From a virus: a stretch of DNA of 64,000 nucleotides. Of the stretch, positions 53,579 to 63,593 are shown piece after piece; position 1 is the first letter of the stretch, and every line of letters starts with the position of its first letter. Position numbers and translations under genes: made by a program. The notes under the pieces are model-generated. The model was not told the origin of the DNA. It did no database searches and saw nothing but the letters and a program-made list of their open reading frames with translations. The stretch lies in IMG/VR virus record IMGVR_UViG_3300032267_001142, positions 122,106 to 186,105 of that record; one strand, 5' to 3'.

Positions 53579-53785
53579 ATGAACGAATACTATATCTACC
53601 TCAATTCCGACGCCCAAACTAACGGACATAAGGGATTCCTCCACAAAGACGCCAACCTTCGTGCCCGCCATGTTAAAACAACTACCGAATTTGCTTTCGC
53701 TATGCGTTTTACCACGATGAGGGAATTGAACAAAGTCAATCGTCGCCGAAGCGTTCAGGGAATCGTGTTTACTAGGCTCAATTAA
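53579..53785 (+). CDS. Hypothetical protein
   Basis: ORF. Confidence 0.5.
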   Translation: MNEYYIYLNSDAQTNGHKGFLHKDANLRARHVKTTTEFAFAMRFTTMRELNKVNRRRSVQGIVFTRLN

Positions 53786-53788
53786 CTT

Positions 53789-54043
53789 ATGACAGTTACT
53801 TCTGATTTCGTGCCCGAAACCGAGAAGAAAAGTGAAACGCCCGTTAAGCGTCTCGCCTCAAAAATCATTCAAGTTGCAACTATGTATTTCCCCGCAGGCC
53901 CGAATAACGGCGACTGCAATAAGCTTGTGGCACTCTGTAAAGATGGCTCTTTGTGGGAACAGTGGCACAGCATGGGCTATTCAAATGTCCCTAATGACGG
54001 ACTTTGGTATCCTAACTACGCCGCCCATCCTCCACGGCGCTAA
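53789..54043 (+). CDS. Hypothetical protein
   Basis: IIQVA..LVALCKDGSLW. Confidence 0.55.
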   Translation: MTVTSDFVPETEKKSETPVKRLASKIIQVATMYFPAGPNNGDCNKLVALCKDGSLWEQWHSMGYSNVPNDGLWYPNYAAHPPRR

Positions 54044-54086
54044 AGTTCACAGTTGACGAGGCGCAAAAATCTGATAATTTTGACCC

Positions 54087-54281
54087 ATGAGCAAATACAA
54101 GGTCGGCGACATCCTCGAATACACCGGAAAGTTCTTCGGTAAGTTCACTCTATTCGTCACGCAGCTTAACTTTGGCGGCACTGGCATCGGTGGCACCGTT
54201 CAGACAGCAGGCGAAGGATGCCCTTTCCGTGAAGGTTTCCTTGTTCACTTCGGAATGTATCCTTTCGTTAAAATCAATTAA
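54087..54281 (+). CDS. Hypothetical protein
   Basis: Leaderless promoter at 54053; KYKVGDIL. Confidence 0.55.
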   Translation: MSKYKVGDILEYTGKFFGKFTLFVTQLNFGGTGIGGTVQTAGEGCPFREGFLVHFGMYPFVKIN

Positions 54282-54284
54282 GTC

Positions 54285-54593
54285 ATGGAAAACATCTGGT
54301 ATATCATTCTTTTGTGCGTTAGTTCGTCCTTGGTAGGATACGGGCTGTCGTTGCTCACTATGCGAATTGCTGCGGCGCGAGCTAGATTGAGGATTCGTTT
54401 GCAGGAGTTGTTTTCTGAATCTCGTTGTCCCAGCGCTAATATCTCAGATTTGCGCTGCCTCTGTAACAACATCCGAAACGAGATACAAGATTTGCCTTTC
54501 GGAGTCGGTAAGGCGATTAAGTCGGAGATGATTAAGCTCGAACGGTACACTTTAGGGCGTCATCAGCAGCTAGATGTAATTTTCACGAAGTAA
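54285..54593 (+). CDS. Hypothetical membrane-anchored protein
   Basis: N-terminal TM segment. Confidence 0.45.
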   Translation: MENIWYIILLCVSSSLVGYGLSLLTMRIAAARARLRIRLQELFSESRCPSANISDLRCLCNNIRNEIQDLPFGVGKAIKSEMIKLERYTLGRHQQLDVIFTK

Positions 54594-54740
54594 CAGCAAA
54601 TTAACACACCTACAATGTTAGCAACCATCACTTTTTACGTATTTCAATTCCTAGCGGGTTTTGTGGCTGGATTCTTTCTGTTCCTGTATGCCGGATATGT
54701 CAAACGCCAGCGAGCGAATGCATAATCAGAATATCGCGAT

Positions 54741-54974
54741 TTGATTCGTGACGCCTACATGGTTTCCGCAACGGTGCCCGACCTTCGTGTCGTAAAAGCA
54801 CTAATCAACTCCACTATTACGTTTCTTCCTTGGCATGTCAGCAAAACCCGTTACGTCTCTTTGAAAGAGTTCGTCAATGGCAGGCTGAAACAGCTAAGGG
54901 ATATTGATAGGCTTACCGGCCAAGAGGACTTCATTCTCTCGATTCAGCCAAAGACCGACTTGACGCAAAGTTAA
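54741..54974 (+). CDS. Hypothetical protein
   Basis: ORF. Confidence 0.4.
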   Translation: MIRDAYMVSATVPDLRVVKALINSTITFLPWHVSKTRYVSLKEFVNGRLKQLRDIDRLTGQEDFILSIQPKTDLTQS

Positions 54975-54993
54975 AACCAGATACATTCAAGAC

Positions 54994-55242
54994 ATGGCAC
55001 TATCTCCACTTCCAGTCGTTCCGAAACCGCAGCTAACGGTTCCGTATTTGGTCTGCTTTATTGACGAATCGCTCTCTCGTCAAATGAGGGAGAACCAGCA
55101 TGTTTTGACTTTTTTCGTTCAGTTGCCCGACAAGATTAGTCAGGGCACGTATAATAAACTACGTGACGAGTATCGCAAAGCGGGCTGGAATCAGGTTTAC
55201 GAATCGTGCCTACAGACGCTTACTTTTGGGCGACACAACTAA
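54994..55242 (+). CDS. Hypothetical protein
   Basis: Leaderless promoter at 54960. Confidence 0.55.
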   Translation: MALSPLPVVPKPQLTVPYLVCFIDESLSRQMRENQHVLTFFVQLPDKISQGTYNKLRDEYRKAGWNQVYESCLQTLTFGRHN

Positions 55243-55323
55243 ATTTCATTCTCATGGCTATAGCCCCGATTCCTTCCGTTCAATACACCTATCGTTAATA
55301 CTTGATACATCAATATCTCTCTT

Positions 55324-55521
55324 ATGGCTAATTCCATCATCAACCTTGTCTATTATTTCTTCCTCGCGGCACTGATAATCTACGCCGGTTCGGACCCCTC
55401 TAATCCGCCTCAAGCGTTTGTTACTGCAATCGTTATACTTTGTGTGGTGTTCTTTTTGGCGCTACTTTCTGGATGGCGTTTGATGCTCCAACTCGAAGAG
55501 CGCGACGCTAACCGACTCTAA
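55324..55521 (+). CDS. Small two-TM membrane protein
   Basis: Hydrophobicity. Confidence 0.5.
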   Translation: MANSIINLVYYFFLAALIIYAGSDPSNPPQAFVTAIVILCVVFFLALLSGWRLMLQLEERDANRL

Positions 55522-55526
55522 AACTC

Positions 55527-55898
55527 ATGCCTCATATTCTCGTCTACGGCTCGCTGCGGTCCAGCGGCACACGTAATTTCAACTTTGAACGGTTCGGTCC
55601 TCAGAAGAGCCTCGGCACCTATAGCCTAAAAGGCTTCGCGATGTTCGACTTGGGCGGCTATCCGGCTGTCGTTTATGACCCCAAAGCGACAATCACGGTC
55701 GAGCTTCACGAGGTTTCGGATGAGACGTTCGCGCAACTAGATTTGATGGAAGCAGCCTCGGGCTATGACAGATTGGAGGTCGAGGTCGATGGCGAAAAGG
55801 CAACTATTTGGCATATGAATCTCGAAAATATGTTCCACTGGTTTCAGCCTCAACTTGTGCGCCACGGCGATTGGGTCAGGCACACTGGCAAGAAGTAG
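55527..55898 (+). CDS. Gamma-glutamylcyclotransferase (AIG2-like)
   Basis: VYGSLR, LGGYPAV, LDLME..SGYDR. Confidence 0.85.
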   Translation: MPHILVYGSLRSSGTRNFNFERFGPQKSLGTYSLKGFAMFDLGGYPAVVYDPKATITVELHEVSDETFAQLDLMEAASGYDRLEVEVDGEKATIWHMNLENMFHWFQPQLVRHGDWVRHTGKK

Positions 55899-56076
55899 CA
55901 GTGGCGCAAAGATATATGTAGCAAGCTTTTACGATAGGTCTTTTTGCATATACTAAAACCTATAGGGACGGTCGCTTTAAGCCCTTTTTAGCGGAAACTT
56001 CAAATTGCTCTCAGAGGCGGAAATTTCAATTCGTAAAAATACTTAGGTTTCCGCTAAAAATAAAAGCTCAAAAACA

Positions 56077-56400
56077 ATGATAAAGCCAGCCAAAGAATCC
56101 TCAAGAAAGAGCCCTACCCAAAGGACCGACATGAATGGTTTTATGGATAGCATTCTTAGGCGATATAGGCAGCTTCAAAGGTCGTGGAATCATTGGCAAA
56201 GTCCTGTGCTGGAAGAGTTTACAGATAACAGGTTTACTAATTTTTACAGCGATTACCATGTCGGAAATTCGTCGCGCTATTTTCCGTCGCCCCTGCTCGG
56301 CCAGAGCGGCGAAGCCGCTCCCTCCAGCCCTCTCTCCAACACAACAACAACACAGGTAGACATAGTAAGGGTAGAAGAGATGAACACCGAGATGCATTAG
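56077..56400 (+). CDS. Hypothetical protein, MIKP N-terminus
   Basis: ORF; low-complexity C-terminus. Confidence 0.3.
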   Translation: MIKPAKESSRKSPTQRTDMNGFMDSILRRYRQLQRSWNHWQSPVLEEFTDNRFTNFYSDYHVGNSSRYFPSPLLGQSGEAAPSSPLSNTTTTQVDIVRVEEMNTEMH

Positions 56401-56905
56401 TAGGTAAAGGCTTGAGAATCAGAGACTTAAATAAGTGATTGGTATAGAAGAGAGAGGATTGTATGATTGATTCTCGTATTCATTTTATGTCATTTGCTTA
56501 AATACTATGCATTGCACGCCTTAATTATCCCAAAAAGTTCACTCAGCAACTCTTTTTTGTGGACAAATGCACTATTTTGGTGTAGCAAACGCCACCTTTT
56601 ACGCCCTTTTCTGTAAGAAAAGACCCTCTCAGCCATCAATTCCTAAATCATATAAACCCCTGTGCAAAGTGACACTTCTACAGAGTAAAACCGAAAAACC
56701 CATGCTGTAAAATAGCGTCAAAAATAGGGTTTTTCTCTGATGGGGCCGCTTTAGCCACCTGTGACTCGGGGCAGATTTCACAATTGCAAATAATGCGTGT
56801 ATACATTCTAGGCGCACAAAATAAGCAAAAACGGCTCCAAATCGCCAAAAACTTTGTATAAACCCCTATACGCGGAGACACTCAAGCTCGCCAAAGTGAA
56901 GATTT

Positions 56906-57190
56906 TTGAAAAAGTTTCGACTTTATCTGAAAGCCTGTCATTCTAATCCCATGCCTAGCACCTTTAATCTCCGACACGTTGGTAAAATCGGCAACAGCGA
57001 AGTTGCCACGAACTACCCGATTGTAGTTTTCGGCGTCATCAGCGGTTTCATCAGTCGCCACAAGACAATTCGGGGCGCGAAAAAGACGCTCAGCCGTCAC
57101 GACCGCAAGCATCGGAAGAACAACGCAATTCCCGATGGGCACATTTACGTTTGGCGCAATAACGCGTGGCACGGATACGCGGGAGAATAG
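56906..57190 (+). CDS. Hypothetical protein
   Basis: ORF with TTG start. Confidence 0.45.
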   Translation: MKKFRLYLKACHSNPMPSTFNLRHVGKIGNSEVATNYPIVVFGVISGFISRHKTIRGAKKTLSRHDRKHRKNNAIPDGHIYVWRNNAWHGYAGE

Positions 57191-57271
57191 TGGTTAATTG
57201 ATTTTTAGCGGAAACCTTCCTCGGCTCTAATTCCTCTGGACAAATCACGAAACTCTGGCATAATAATCACC

Positions 57272-57535
57272 ATGAAACACCTTCTATTCGCAACCATTTT
57301 TTCTGTCGCACTCGCTGGATGCTCGCAGCCTCAAGCACAGCAAAACATGCAAAATAAGTATCCGAACGAAGATGTCGTGCCGGTTCTTAAACCTAGCTGT
57401 TTCAGTTATCAATTCATTCTTCGCGCCGAAGACGGTAGCATTTATTGGGTTGAAAATGACGGCGGTAACTATGGAAATTCCTCCCATCTTTCAGAAGGTA
57501 GAAAAGTCCTTCTTTTTCGCCCCAAAACCAACTAA
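57272..57535 (+). CDS. Lipoprotein
   Basis: Lipobox LAGC. Confidence 0.6.
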   Translation: MKHLLFATIFSVALAGCSQPQAQQNMQNKYPNEDVVPVLKPSCFSYQFILRAEDGSIYWVENDGGNYGNSSHLSEGRKVLLFRPKTN

Positions 57536-57546
57536 AATCGCCAAAA

Positions 57547-57759
57547 ATGCCAAATCCAGCACCAAAATCCTCAATTACGCTCAAGCGCGGCTCATTGTAT
57601 CGCATTATCGGAAGTAGCGTCGCCCGTTTCCGCTCTGTCGCCTATGGTGATTACGTCGTGATGAGTGTTCACAACAAGCCCGTTGTCGTCGAGCGTGGCC
57701 GCGTCGTTCTCGCAAGCAAAGAGGATGTCCAGCACTATCTCAAAGACGCCGGAGTCTAA
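57547..57759 (+). CDS. Hypothetical protein
   Basis: ORF. Confidence 0.5.
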   Translation: MPNPAPKSSITLKRGSLYRIIGSSVARFRSVAYGDYVVMSVHNKPVVVERGRVVLASKEDVQHYLKDAGV

Positions 57760-58054
57760 AGCGATTTGCCTTTGCGTCTGCCACGACAAAAAAGCGTCGC
57801 GCCGCAAGCTGCATCCGTTAAACAAATTGCCGAGTTGTTGCGTCAGTCCAAATAAAGGATACTACGACGCGCAAGGGGTAGATTTGTTCCTTTACCTTAA
57901 CTAATTCACCATGCAACCTCCTAATCCTGACCCACAGGACGAACAGACGACTTTCGTTATTGTATTCGTTGTGTTGATTGCGGCGATTTACGCGATGCAA
58001 ATTTATCTCAAGACGTTTCTTGCGCCGCAGTAAAACCTGAGTAGTATCTTCCTC

Positions 58055-58696
58055 ATGTCCGATATCCTCGATAAACCTCATGTTTTGTTTCTGAATGCTT
58101 CATGGATGCCTATTTTGACTGGCACCGTGCGTAAGGCTATCTGCGACATGAACGCGGACAGCGAGAACCGCAGCCTAGTGGCAGCGGCGCTCGACATTCA
58201 GTACGGCCTCAAGGAGGATGGCACTTGGGACTTTGATAATCCGCCCGTGGCGATGATTCCTACCAAGTGGGCCGATTGGGTTAGTCTTCCAGTTCGCGAC
58301 TACGACGAAGTAATCAATTCAGCACTCCTAAAGATTCGGGTGCCTACGGTCGTCGTCAGCCTCGGCTATCGTAAGATGCCCTTGAAGAAGTTCCGCCCAA
58401 GCAAGCGGACTGTCTATCAACGAGACAAGGGGACTTGCCAATACACCGGAAGGAAGCTCAGCTATTCCGAAGCAACGCTCGACCACGTAAATCCTAAGTC
58501 CAAGGGAGGTAAGGATACCTTTACCAATCTTGTACTGTGCGCTCCCGACGTAAACCACAAAAAGGGAAATAAGTCAAACCAAGAGGCGGGCCTCAAACTT
58601 CTTCGGAAGCCTATTGAGCCTGCACCAGTCCCAGCCGCCGCCTTAATTACTGAGGCTCGCACGCGAGATTGGTCTTGGTTTCTGATGAAAACCTAA
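58055..58696 (+). CDS. HNH endonuclease (McrA-like)
   Basis: VLFLNASW; RDKGTCQYTG..TLDHVNPKSKGG..NLVLC..NHKKGNK. Confidence 0.9.
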   Translation: MSDILDKPHVLFLNASWMPILTGTVRKAICDMNADSENRSLVAAALDIQYGLKEDGTWDFDNPPVAMIPTKWADWVSLPVRDYDEVINSALLKIRVPTVVVSLGYRKMPLKKFRPSKRTVYQRDKGTCQYTGRKLSYSEATLDHVNPKSKGGKDTFTNLVLCAPDVNHKKGNKSNQEAGLKLLRKPIEPAPVPAAALITEARTRDWSWFLMKT

Positions 58697-58708
58697 TAAG
58701 CTCGTCTC

Positions 58709-58975
58709 ATGTCAAAGTCCACTGCATTCATCATCGCGTCTGTCGCTCTTGTCCTCGCTTCCTGCACTGATAACAGTTCAGTCCGCTACTTCGGCGGAAA
58801 GGAAAAGATGGAGCTTCCCGATAAGCAGAAACTCGTAAATGTCACTTGGAAAGAATCTTCTCTCTGGGTGCTCACGCGTCCGAGGCGTGCCGATGAGTTT
58901 CCTGAGACGTACACGTTCCAAGAAAAATCAGCCTTCGGAGTCGTGCAGGGTGTTGTTGTCCTGCAAGAGCGGTAA
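58709..58975 (+). CDS. Lipoprotein
   Basis: Lipobox LASC; FGGKEKMELP..KLVNVTWK. Confidence 0.7.
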   Translation: MSKSTAFIIASVALVLASCTDNSSVRYFGGKEKMELPDKQKLVNVTWKESSLWVLTRPRRADEFPETYTFQEKSAFGVVQGVVVLQER

Positions 58976-59010
58976 GGCCGAGCAAAACAGGCGACCCGCG
59001 CAAAATAGAA

Positions 59011-59298
59011 ATGACAAAAGGTAAAAAATGGCGTCCCTTCAAGAGTCTGTCGGTTCTGACAACTCACGATGAGTCTATCTGCGCGGGTCGTAGCTGTTGC
59101 GTCCACAATCCAAGTAATCACCACATGCGGAAGTTTCCGCAGCACTACAGAACCGACATCGGAGTGACAGAGCGTATCTGTCCTCATGGTATCGGGCATC
59201 CTGACCCTGACCAACCCTTTCCCGAAGACGGATGGCAGTGGATTCACGGTTGCGATGGCTGCTGCACGCCGCCCAAAAAGAAACGCCGAAACAAATGA
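59011..59298 (+). CDS. Conserved Cys/His-rich phage protein
   Basis: CCVHNPSNHHM..ERICPHGIGHPDPD..HGCDGCC. Confidence 0.7.
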   Translation: MTKGKKWRPFKSLSVLTTHDESICAGRSCCVHNPSNHHMRKFPQHYRTDIGVTERICPHGIGHPDPDQPFPEDGWQWIHGCDGCCTPPKKKRRNK

Positions 59299-59489
59299 AA
59301 CAGATAATCTCTTTTGCCGATTTGCGGCATTCAATGGGTCACGACGAATTTTACGTCTACCCTTCCTTGACTTCCAACTTCGCGATGGGTCGCGGAGGAT
59401 TGGACAAGAACTATCGCTTCGGAAAAGCGCCAAAAACCTTGCAGGATTTTCAATCCCTGATATACGTTGGCGGACAGTCGCTCAACTAA
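59295..59489 (+). CDS. Hypothetical protein
   Basis: ATGA coupling. Confidence 0.45.
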   Translation: MKQIISFADLRHSMGHDEFYVYPSLTSNFAMGRGGLDKNYRFGKAPKTLQDFQSLIYVGGQSLN

Positions 59490-59498
59490 ATTTGTCTA

Positions 59499-59816
59499 AT
59501 GAAATCACGCCTAAATACTCTACAGAAAATCACCATCGCCCTGTTTTACGCGGCTATCGCAGTTTTTATTCTGATTATCTGTCTCGCGCACCCCAAGGGT
59601 GATAACGCACAGAAAGCTAAGGACGCGACCGAGTACTTGGAGCCGCAATGCAAATCTCCTGAGCCCGAGCTGCCCCTTCCGCAAAAGCCCGCTGAATCGG
59701 ATGGTCCCTCAACTATTGACGACCTCCTGCCTTTACCCTCCCAAGCTGAGCTACTCGGCACCGACATTGAGTTCATTCCCCACATCGCCACCATCACCCG
59801 CAAGAAAAGAAAGTAA
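59499..59816 (+). CDS. Membrane-anchored protein
   Basis: N-terminal TM segment. Confidence 0.5.
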   Translation: MKSRLNTLQKITIALFYAAIAVFILIICLAHPKGDNAQKAKDATEYLEPQCKSPEPELPLPQKPAESDGPSTIDDLLPLPSQAELLGTDIEFIPHIATITRKKRK

Positions 59817-59821
59817 AAACT

Positions 59822-60067
59822 ATGCACGTCATCATTAAAGTAAACGGTCTAACTTACAAAGGTAAAGGAGCCCCGTCCACTAACCAAGAAGATTTCCTGC
59901 TTGCCGTGCAGGCTTTTCGCCAAGCTCTGAGGGAAGAACAGGCAGGAGCTTTCAGTATGGAACTGGCGGATGGTTCGGTTGTGGTTTTTGGCCAAGACGT
60001 TCTGCGCGCCGCTATCTTCGAGTTCTACAACGACGGAAAGAAGGCGCGTAACGCCCTCGTGTCATGA
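59822..60067 (+). CDS. Hypothetical protein
   Basis: ORF. Confidence 0.55.
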   Translation: MHVIIKVNGLTYKGKGAPSTNQEDFLLAVQAFRQALREEQAGAFSMELADGSVVVFGQDVLRAAIFEFYNDGKKARNALVS

Positions 60068-60208
60068 TTGCCACGCTCGAATCGGAAGACCCGAAGTTTC
60101 TCAAGTACACCGACGGTTACATCGTTTGGTATACGGACACCGATGGTTGCTTCGTAGGCAACACTCTCGAAGAAGCACTCAAGGAAGTCTCGCCGCCCAA
60201 AGCCCAAG

Positions 60209-60475
60209 ATGATTAAGCTCGCAAAACCCGAGGCTCCCGTCTATTTTGACGCTATGGATGACTCTAGCCGGAGATATCCTATCCCTATTATGAGGGCGAA
60301 GCTCGGCCCGAAGAGGGCTGTCCAATCTAGTGAGTGGTATATCACAGGGTTAGCGGATACCAGCCGAAGCATCTTAGCTAGTGTTTTAGTTGGAGGGGCA
60401 TGGTATATCCGACAAAGTGATGACGAGCACGCCGGTAACGTAGAGTGGATTGTCGAAATCCAAAAAGAGTCTTGA
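60209..60475 (+). CDS. M[IV]K-family small protein
   Basis: MIKLAKP..YF; C-terminal EWIVE. Confidence 0.55.
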   Translation: MIKLAKPEAPVYFDAMDDSSRRYPIPIMRAKLGPKRAVQSSEWYITGLADTSRSILASVLVGGAWYIRQSDDEHAGNVEWIVEIQKES

Positions 60476-60505
60476 CCGCCGCCGATACCTTACTAGATTA
60501 ATCTC

Positions 60506-60763
60506 ATGGTCAAACTCGCATCCGCTAAGTCTAAAACCTTGTCTAATCGCACATTTGTCTGTGACGAGGGTAGGCGCTGGCTCGCTATAGAGAGGCGAGT
60601 AATCCAGCGCTACGATAAATACTTCGTTGCGGACTCGGAATCTTTTCCAAGCGCTGATTATCTCAAATCGGAGCGGCGTCAAGTGTTGTCATTGGCAGGG
60701 TTCTACAATATGTTTGTTGGTGAGGTTAGATGGGTCGTCAAACCCTACCCGCGCAATGGTTAG
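60506..60763 (+). CDS. M[IV]K-family small protein
   Basis: Leaderless promoter at 60472; RWVVKP. Confidence 0.6.
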   Translation: MVKLASAKSKTLSNRTFVCDEGRRWLAIERRVIQRYDKYFVADSESFPSADYLKSERRQVLSLAGFYNMFVGEVRWVVKPYPRNG

Positions 60764-60797
60764 TTGACTCTGCCACAAACACCGCTATTCTCAAGAT

Positions 60798-61001
60798 ATG
60801 AAAACTCTTCTTTGTTTCCTTTCCGCGCTCCTCTTTTTGGCCGTAGCGCTAATTGCTCATGAGGCTGTTTATGGCCGGTATACCGTACGAGAGGTTCATT
60901 TGGTCTCTTTCGTTGTGACGGCAACGCTCGTTGGGTGGTCTCTCATGGACGTCTGCCTCCATTCCGACAAGGACAAAACTCAAATTGATAACCAAAATTG
61001 A
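60798..61001 (+). CDS. Small two-TM membrane protein
   Basis: Leaderless promoter at 60764. Confidence 0.5.
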   Translation: MKTLLCFLSALLFLAVALIAHEAVYGRYTVREVHLVSFVVTATLVGWSLMDVCLHSDKDKTQIDNQN

Positions 61002-61257
61002 TTGCCAGCTTCCCCATCTAATCGAGGTCATCGACTCAGGATGCTATGTCGGTATAGACAGCCCCAAGGGTTTCAAGGCGGTAATCACGAAAATAAACGA
61101 CTCCTACTATATGCACGGCCTAGGCACACATAGCGGGACTTCGGTGGAGCTTCGTGATTTGTCTTTGGACTTGAGGGATTTCGCCAATCAGGGATGCGAT
61201 ATTGTCGTGACGGCGAACCTGAATGACTTTTTGGACTGGTTCCGTATTTCAGTATGA
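60931..61257 (+). CDS. Hypothetical protein (start uncertain)
   Basis: ORF. Confidence 0.4.
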   Translation: MGGLSWTSASIPTRTKLKLITKIDCQLPHLIEVIDSGCYVGIDSPKGFKAVITKINDSYYMHGLGTHSGTSVELRDLSLDLRDFANQGCDIVVTANLNDFLDWFRISV

Positions 61258-61517
61258 TAAAATTTAAGCCTCAAACGGAAGCTCGTGAACACGTCATCAC
61301 TGACTATCACGGTCGTAAATGGAAACTGCTCAGTAACCTACCACTGCAAGCGGTCGAGCAGTATTTTATCGCGGGAAGTGACAGGTTTCTGGAGCTGGAG
61401 AAACTCAAGCTCCATCAGCGCTGCGGCGGACATTTCTCTGTTTTGCGCACCCATTGTGGCAATCATAACTCTTTCGTTGGAGTGCGGCGCTGGACCGTAA
61501 AACCGTTGAACCGGTAG
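61254..61517 (+). CDS. M[IV]K-family small protein
   Basis: TDYHGRKWKLL..RRWTVKP. Confidence 0.6.
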   Translation: MIKFKPQTEAREHVITDYHGRKWKLLSNLPLQAVEQYFIAGSDRFLELEKLKLHQRCGGHFSVLRTHCGNHNSFVGVRRWTVKPLNR

Positions 61518-61564
61518 AGCCTTAATCACCTTGCGTCCCGATAAAACTCAGCTACAATAGCGAT

Positions 61565-61807
61565 ATGGTAAAGAAAAAGCAAGTCTCGAAGCCTAAAACA
61601 ATCGAAGGTACGATATTCAGCGATAGGAGGGGCGAGCGCTATCGTGTGACTACTTATGGCGCGGTGCCACTCGGAGGGTATTATGTAGGAGGTACGGCGG
61701 GATATTCAATTCGTGCGCTTCGAGGGCTCTTAAATAATTCACCATTTGTCTTCATCCGTAAGTGTGACGGTGCATTCAGTAGGTGGAAATGTGAACCAAT
61801 TCGATGA
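61565..61807 (+). CDS. M[IV]K-family small protein
   Basis: Promoter at 61531; FSDRRGERYRV..SRWKCEP. Confidence 0.6.
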   Translation: MVKKKQVSKPKTIEGTIFSDRRGERYRVTTYGAVPLGGYYVGGTAGYSIRALRGLLNNSPFVFIRKCDGAFSRWKCEPIR

Positions 61808-62037
61808 TTAAGAAACAAACTAATAAACCCATATTTTTCAAAGTCAACGACGTTAAATACGCTCTGGGTGCGTACCGTCTTCCGAAGGCGGGCGAGCTTT
61901 ATGTTGCTCATTCCTATGCAGTCTCTAGGCGGGACATCATAAAATGGGTTCAAAGTGACGACCCAATCAATATCATGGCTGCTTTAGGTGATTATGATGC
62001 GGCGCGATGGATATGCTCCCGAGCTAACTCCGCATAG
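61804..62037 (+). CDS. M[IV]K-family small protein
   Basis: RLPKAGELYV..ARWIC. Confidence 0.6.
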   Translation: MIKKQTNKPIFFKVNDVKYALGAYRLPKAGELYVAHSYAVSRRDIIKWVQSDDPINIMAALGDYDAARWICSRANSA

Positions 62038-62075
62038 TATGGTTGAGAACAAAAGCGTGAAAACTACGATTAAGT

Positions 62076-62306
62076 ATGGTCAAAACCACCAAACATAAAC
62101 CCTTCCGTTTTATTCATCACCAAGTCAAGTATGAAGTGGTCGGACTTCGCCGATTGAGAAAGGGAATGTTTTTTATCTGCTATCACAACGGATGCGCGAC
62201 GCTCTCGACGATTCGTCGTATGCACCGCTCGATGCGATTCTGGCCATGCATCGGTGAGCGAACGACTCGCGACATCGTATGGGCCTGCAAAAGGATTAGC
62301 CGCTAA
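62076..62306 (+). CDS. M[IV]K-family small protein
   Basis: RRLRKGMFFI..IVWAC. Confidence 0.6.
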   Translation: MVKTTKHKPFRFIHHQVKYEVVGLRRLRKGMFFICYHNGCATLSTIRRMHRSMRFWPCIGERTTRDIVWACKRISR

Positions 62307-62557
62307 TGATTAAACCAATCAAAGAAACACCTGCCAACAGAATCTACACCGATAGATTTGGACGCAGGTGGAAGATTTTGCGCAGGATGGTGCTGCCTCC
62401 TAGCAGCGCTCAGCCCTTCGTTCTCGATTCCGAACATTGTCGAAGTGTAGCGGAAGTATTCCGTCACTTGCAGAGCTATGATGGTAGAGGAATCATGCCA
62501 CCTGGACATGGTTTCTTCGGCGTGACTAGATGGGCAGTTAGCAGACTTCTTGACTAG
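62306..62557 (+). CDS. M[IV]K-family small protein
   Basis: TDRFGRRWKIL..TRWAVS. Confidence 0.6.
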   Translation: MIKPIKETPANRIYTDRFGRRWKILRRMVLPPSSAQPFVLDSEHCRSVAEVFRHLQSYDGRGIMPPGHGFFGVTRWAVSRLLD

Positions 62558-62583
62558 TGGATAAAACCTTATAGCCTGAACTC

Positions 62584-62829
62584 ATGGTAAAACCTCGCAG
62601 AGCCGCATCAGATAATCAGATTGTGACCTATTTAGGCGTAAAGTGGAGACTTCTGGAGTATCGTCGCGTCAAGAATGAAGATATCTTTATCGCTGATACT
62701 TACTCAAAGATGCCCAGAGCGATACTACAGCAATTCATGCACAAGGGCCATAAGGTTCTTAACGCGTCTGAATTTCCTTGGTTAGTCGGAGAGAAAAGAC
62801 AGATAGTCGAGAAGGTTACAAATGGTTAA
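62584..62829 (+). CDS. M[IV]K-family small protein
   Basis: Promoter at 62550; WRLLEYRRVKNEDIFI..PWLVGEKR. Confidence 0.65.
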   Translation: MVKPRRAASDNQIVTYLGVKWRLLEYRRVKNEDIFIADTYSKMPRAILQQFMHKGHKVLNASEFPWLVGEKRQIVEKVTNG

Positions 62830-63061
62830 ACCGCGTAAAGAAACAGAAGCAAAGACTTTCTGCTATAAAGGCTCATCTTGGAAGCTCGTCGAGCATCGAC
62901 CTCTGAAAGAAGGCGACTTCTTTGTCACGAATACTTATAGTCGTTGCGCTCTATCGAATATCCAAGCGACGCTGAATCGTAACGGTAGCTCCGTCGGAGA
63001 AGCCTATTATTATCCTTGGTTGCTTGGCGAACACCGCTGGGTTGTTGAACGGCTCCGATGA
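62822..63061 (+). CDS. M[IV]K-family small protein
   Basis: WKLVEHRPLKEGDFFV..PWLLGEHRWVV. Confidence 0.65.
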   Translation: MVKPRKETEAKTFCYKGSSWKLVEHRPLKEGDFFVTNTYSRCALSNIQATLNRNGSSVGEAYYYPWLLGEHRWVVERLR

Positions 63062-63294
63062 TTAAGATACCCAAACCCCTACGCCGCATCTATTTCGCGC
63101 CAGTCGGATACCGAAAAGTGCTTCTGGGAGAATTGCGCATTCCGAAAATAGGAGAGATGATTCTTCCTGGACTTTCAGACAGAACACGAAGTGAATTGGC
63201 TAGGTTAGTAAAATACCCCTCTGTCGTTATCTGTGAGGCCGATGAAAGTTTCGTGCGGTTCCAAGAGTGGTGCGTGACTGTAATTGAAAAATGA
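63058..63294 (+). CDS. M[IV]K-family small protein
   Basis: LLGELRIPKIGEMILP..EWCVTVI. Confidence 0.65.
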   Translation: MIKIPKPLRRIYFAPVGYRKVLLGELRIPKIGEMILPGLSDRTRSELARLVKYPSVVICEADESFVRFQEWCVTVIEK

Positions 63295-63563
63295 TTAAAC
63301 CCTATCGCCCGCCAGCGCCGTTCTATTTCTCCGCCACCCTAAAGGGTCCACGGAGTGTTACCGAATGCCCGAAGGTCAAGCTGCTTGAGAATTGTTTGCC
63401 AAAGTTAGGGCAGATGATTATACCTTATGTTGGTGACGTGCGGAAAAGGGATTTGCTTGGCTCGCTGAGGCGCGCCGCTCTTTATATTCGTGAGGCGAGC
63501 ATGTATGACTTACACACTAAACAGTGGTGCGTCGAAGTTATCGACGAAGCCTCTCGGGCTTGA
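63291..63563 (+). CDS. M[IV]K-family small protein
   Basis: LLENCLPKLGQMIIP..QWCVEVI. Confidence 0.65.
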   Translation: MIKPYRPPAPFYFSATLKGPRSVTECPKVKLLENCLPKLGQMIIPYVGDVRKRDLLGSLRRAALYIREASMYDLHTKQWCVEVIDEASRA

Positions 63564-63593
63564 CACTGAAACATAACCTGCTAGATTGACAAT

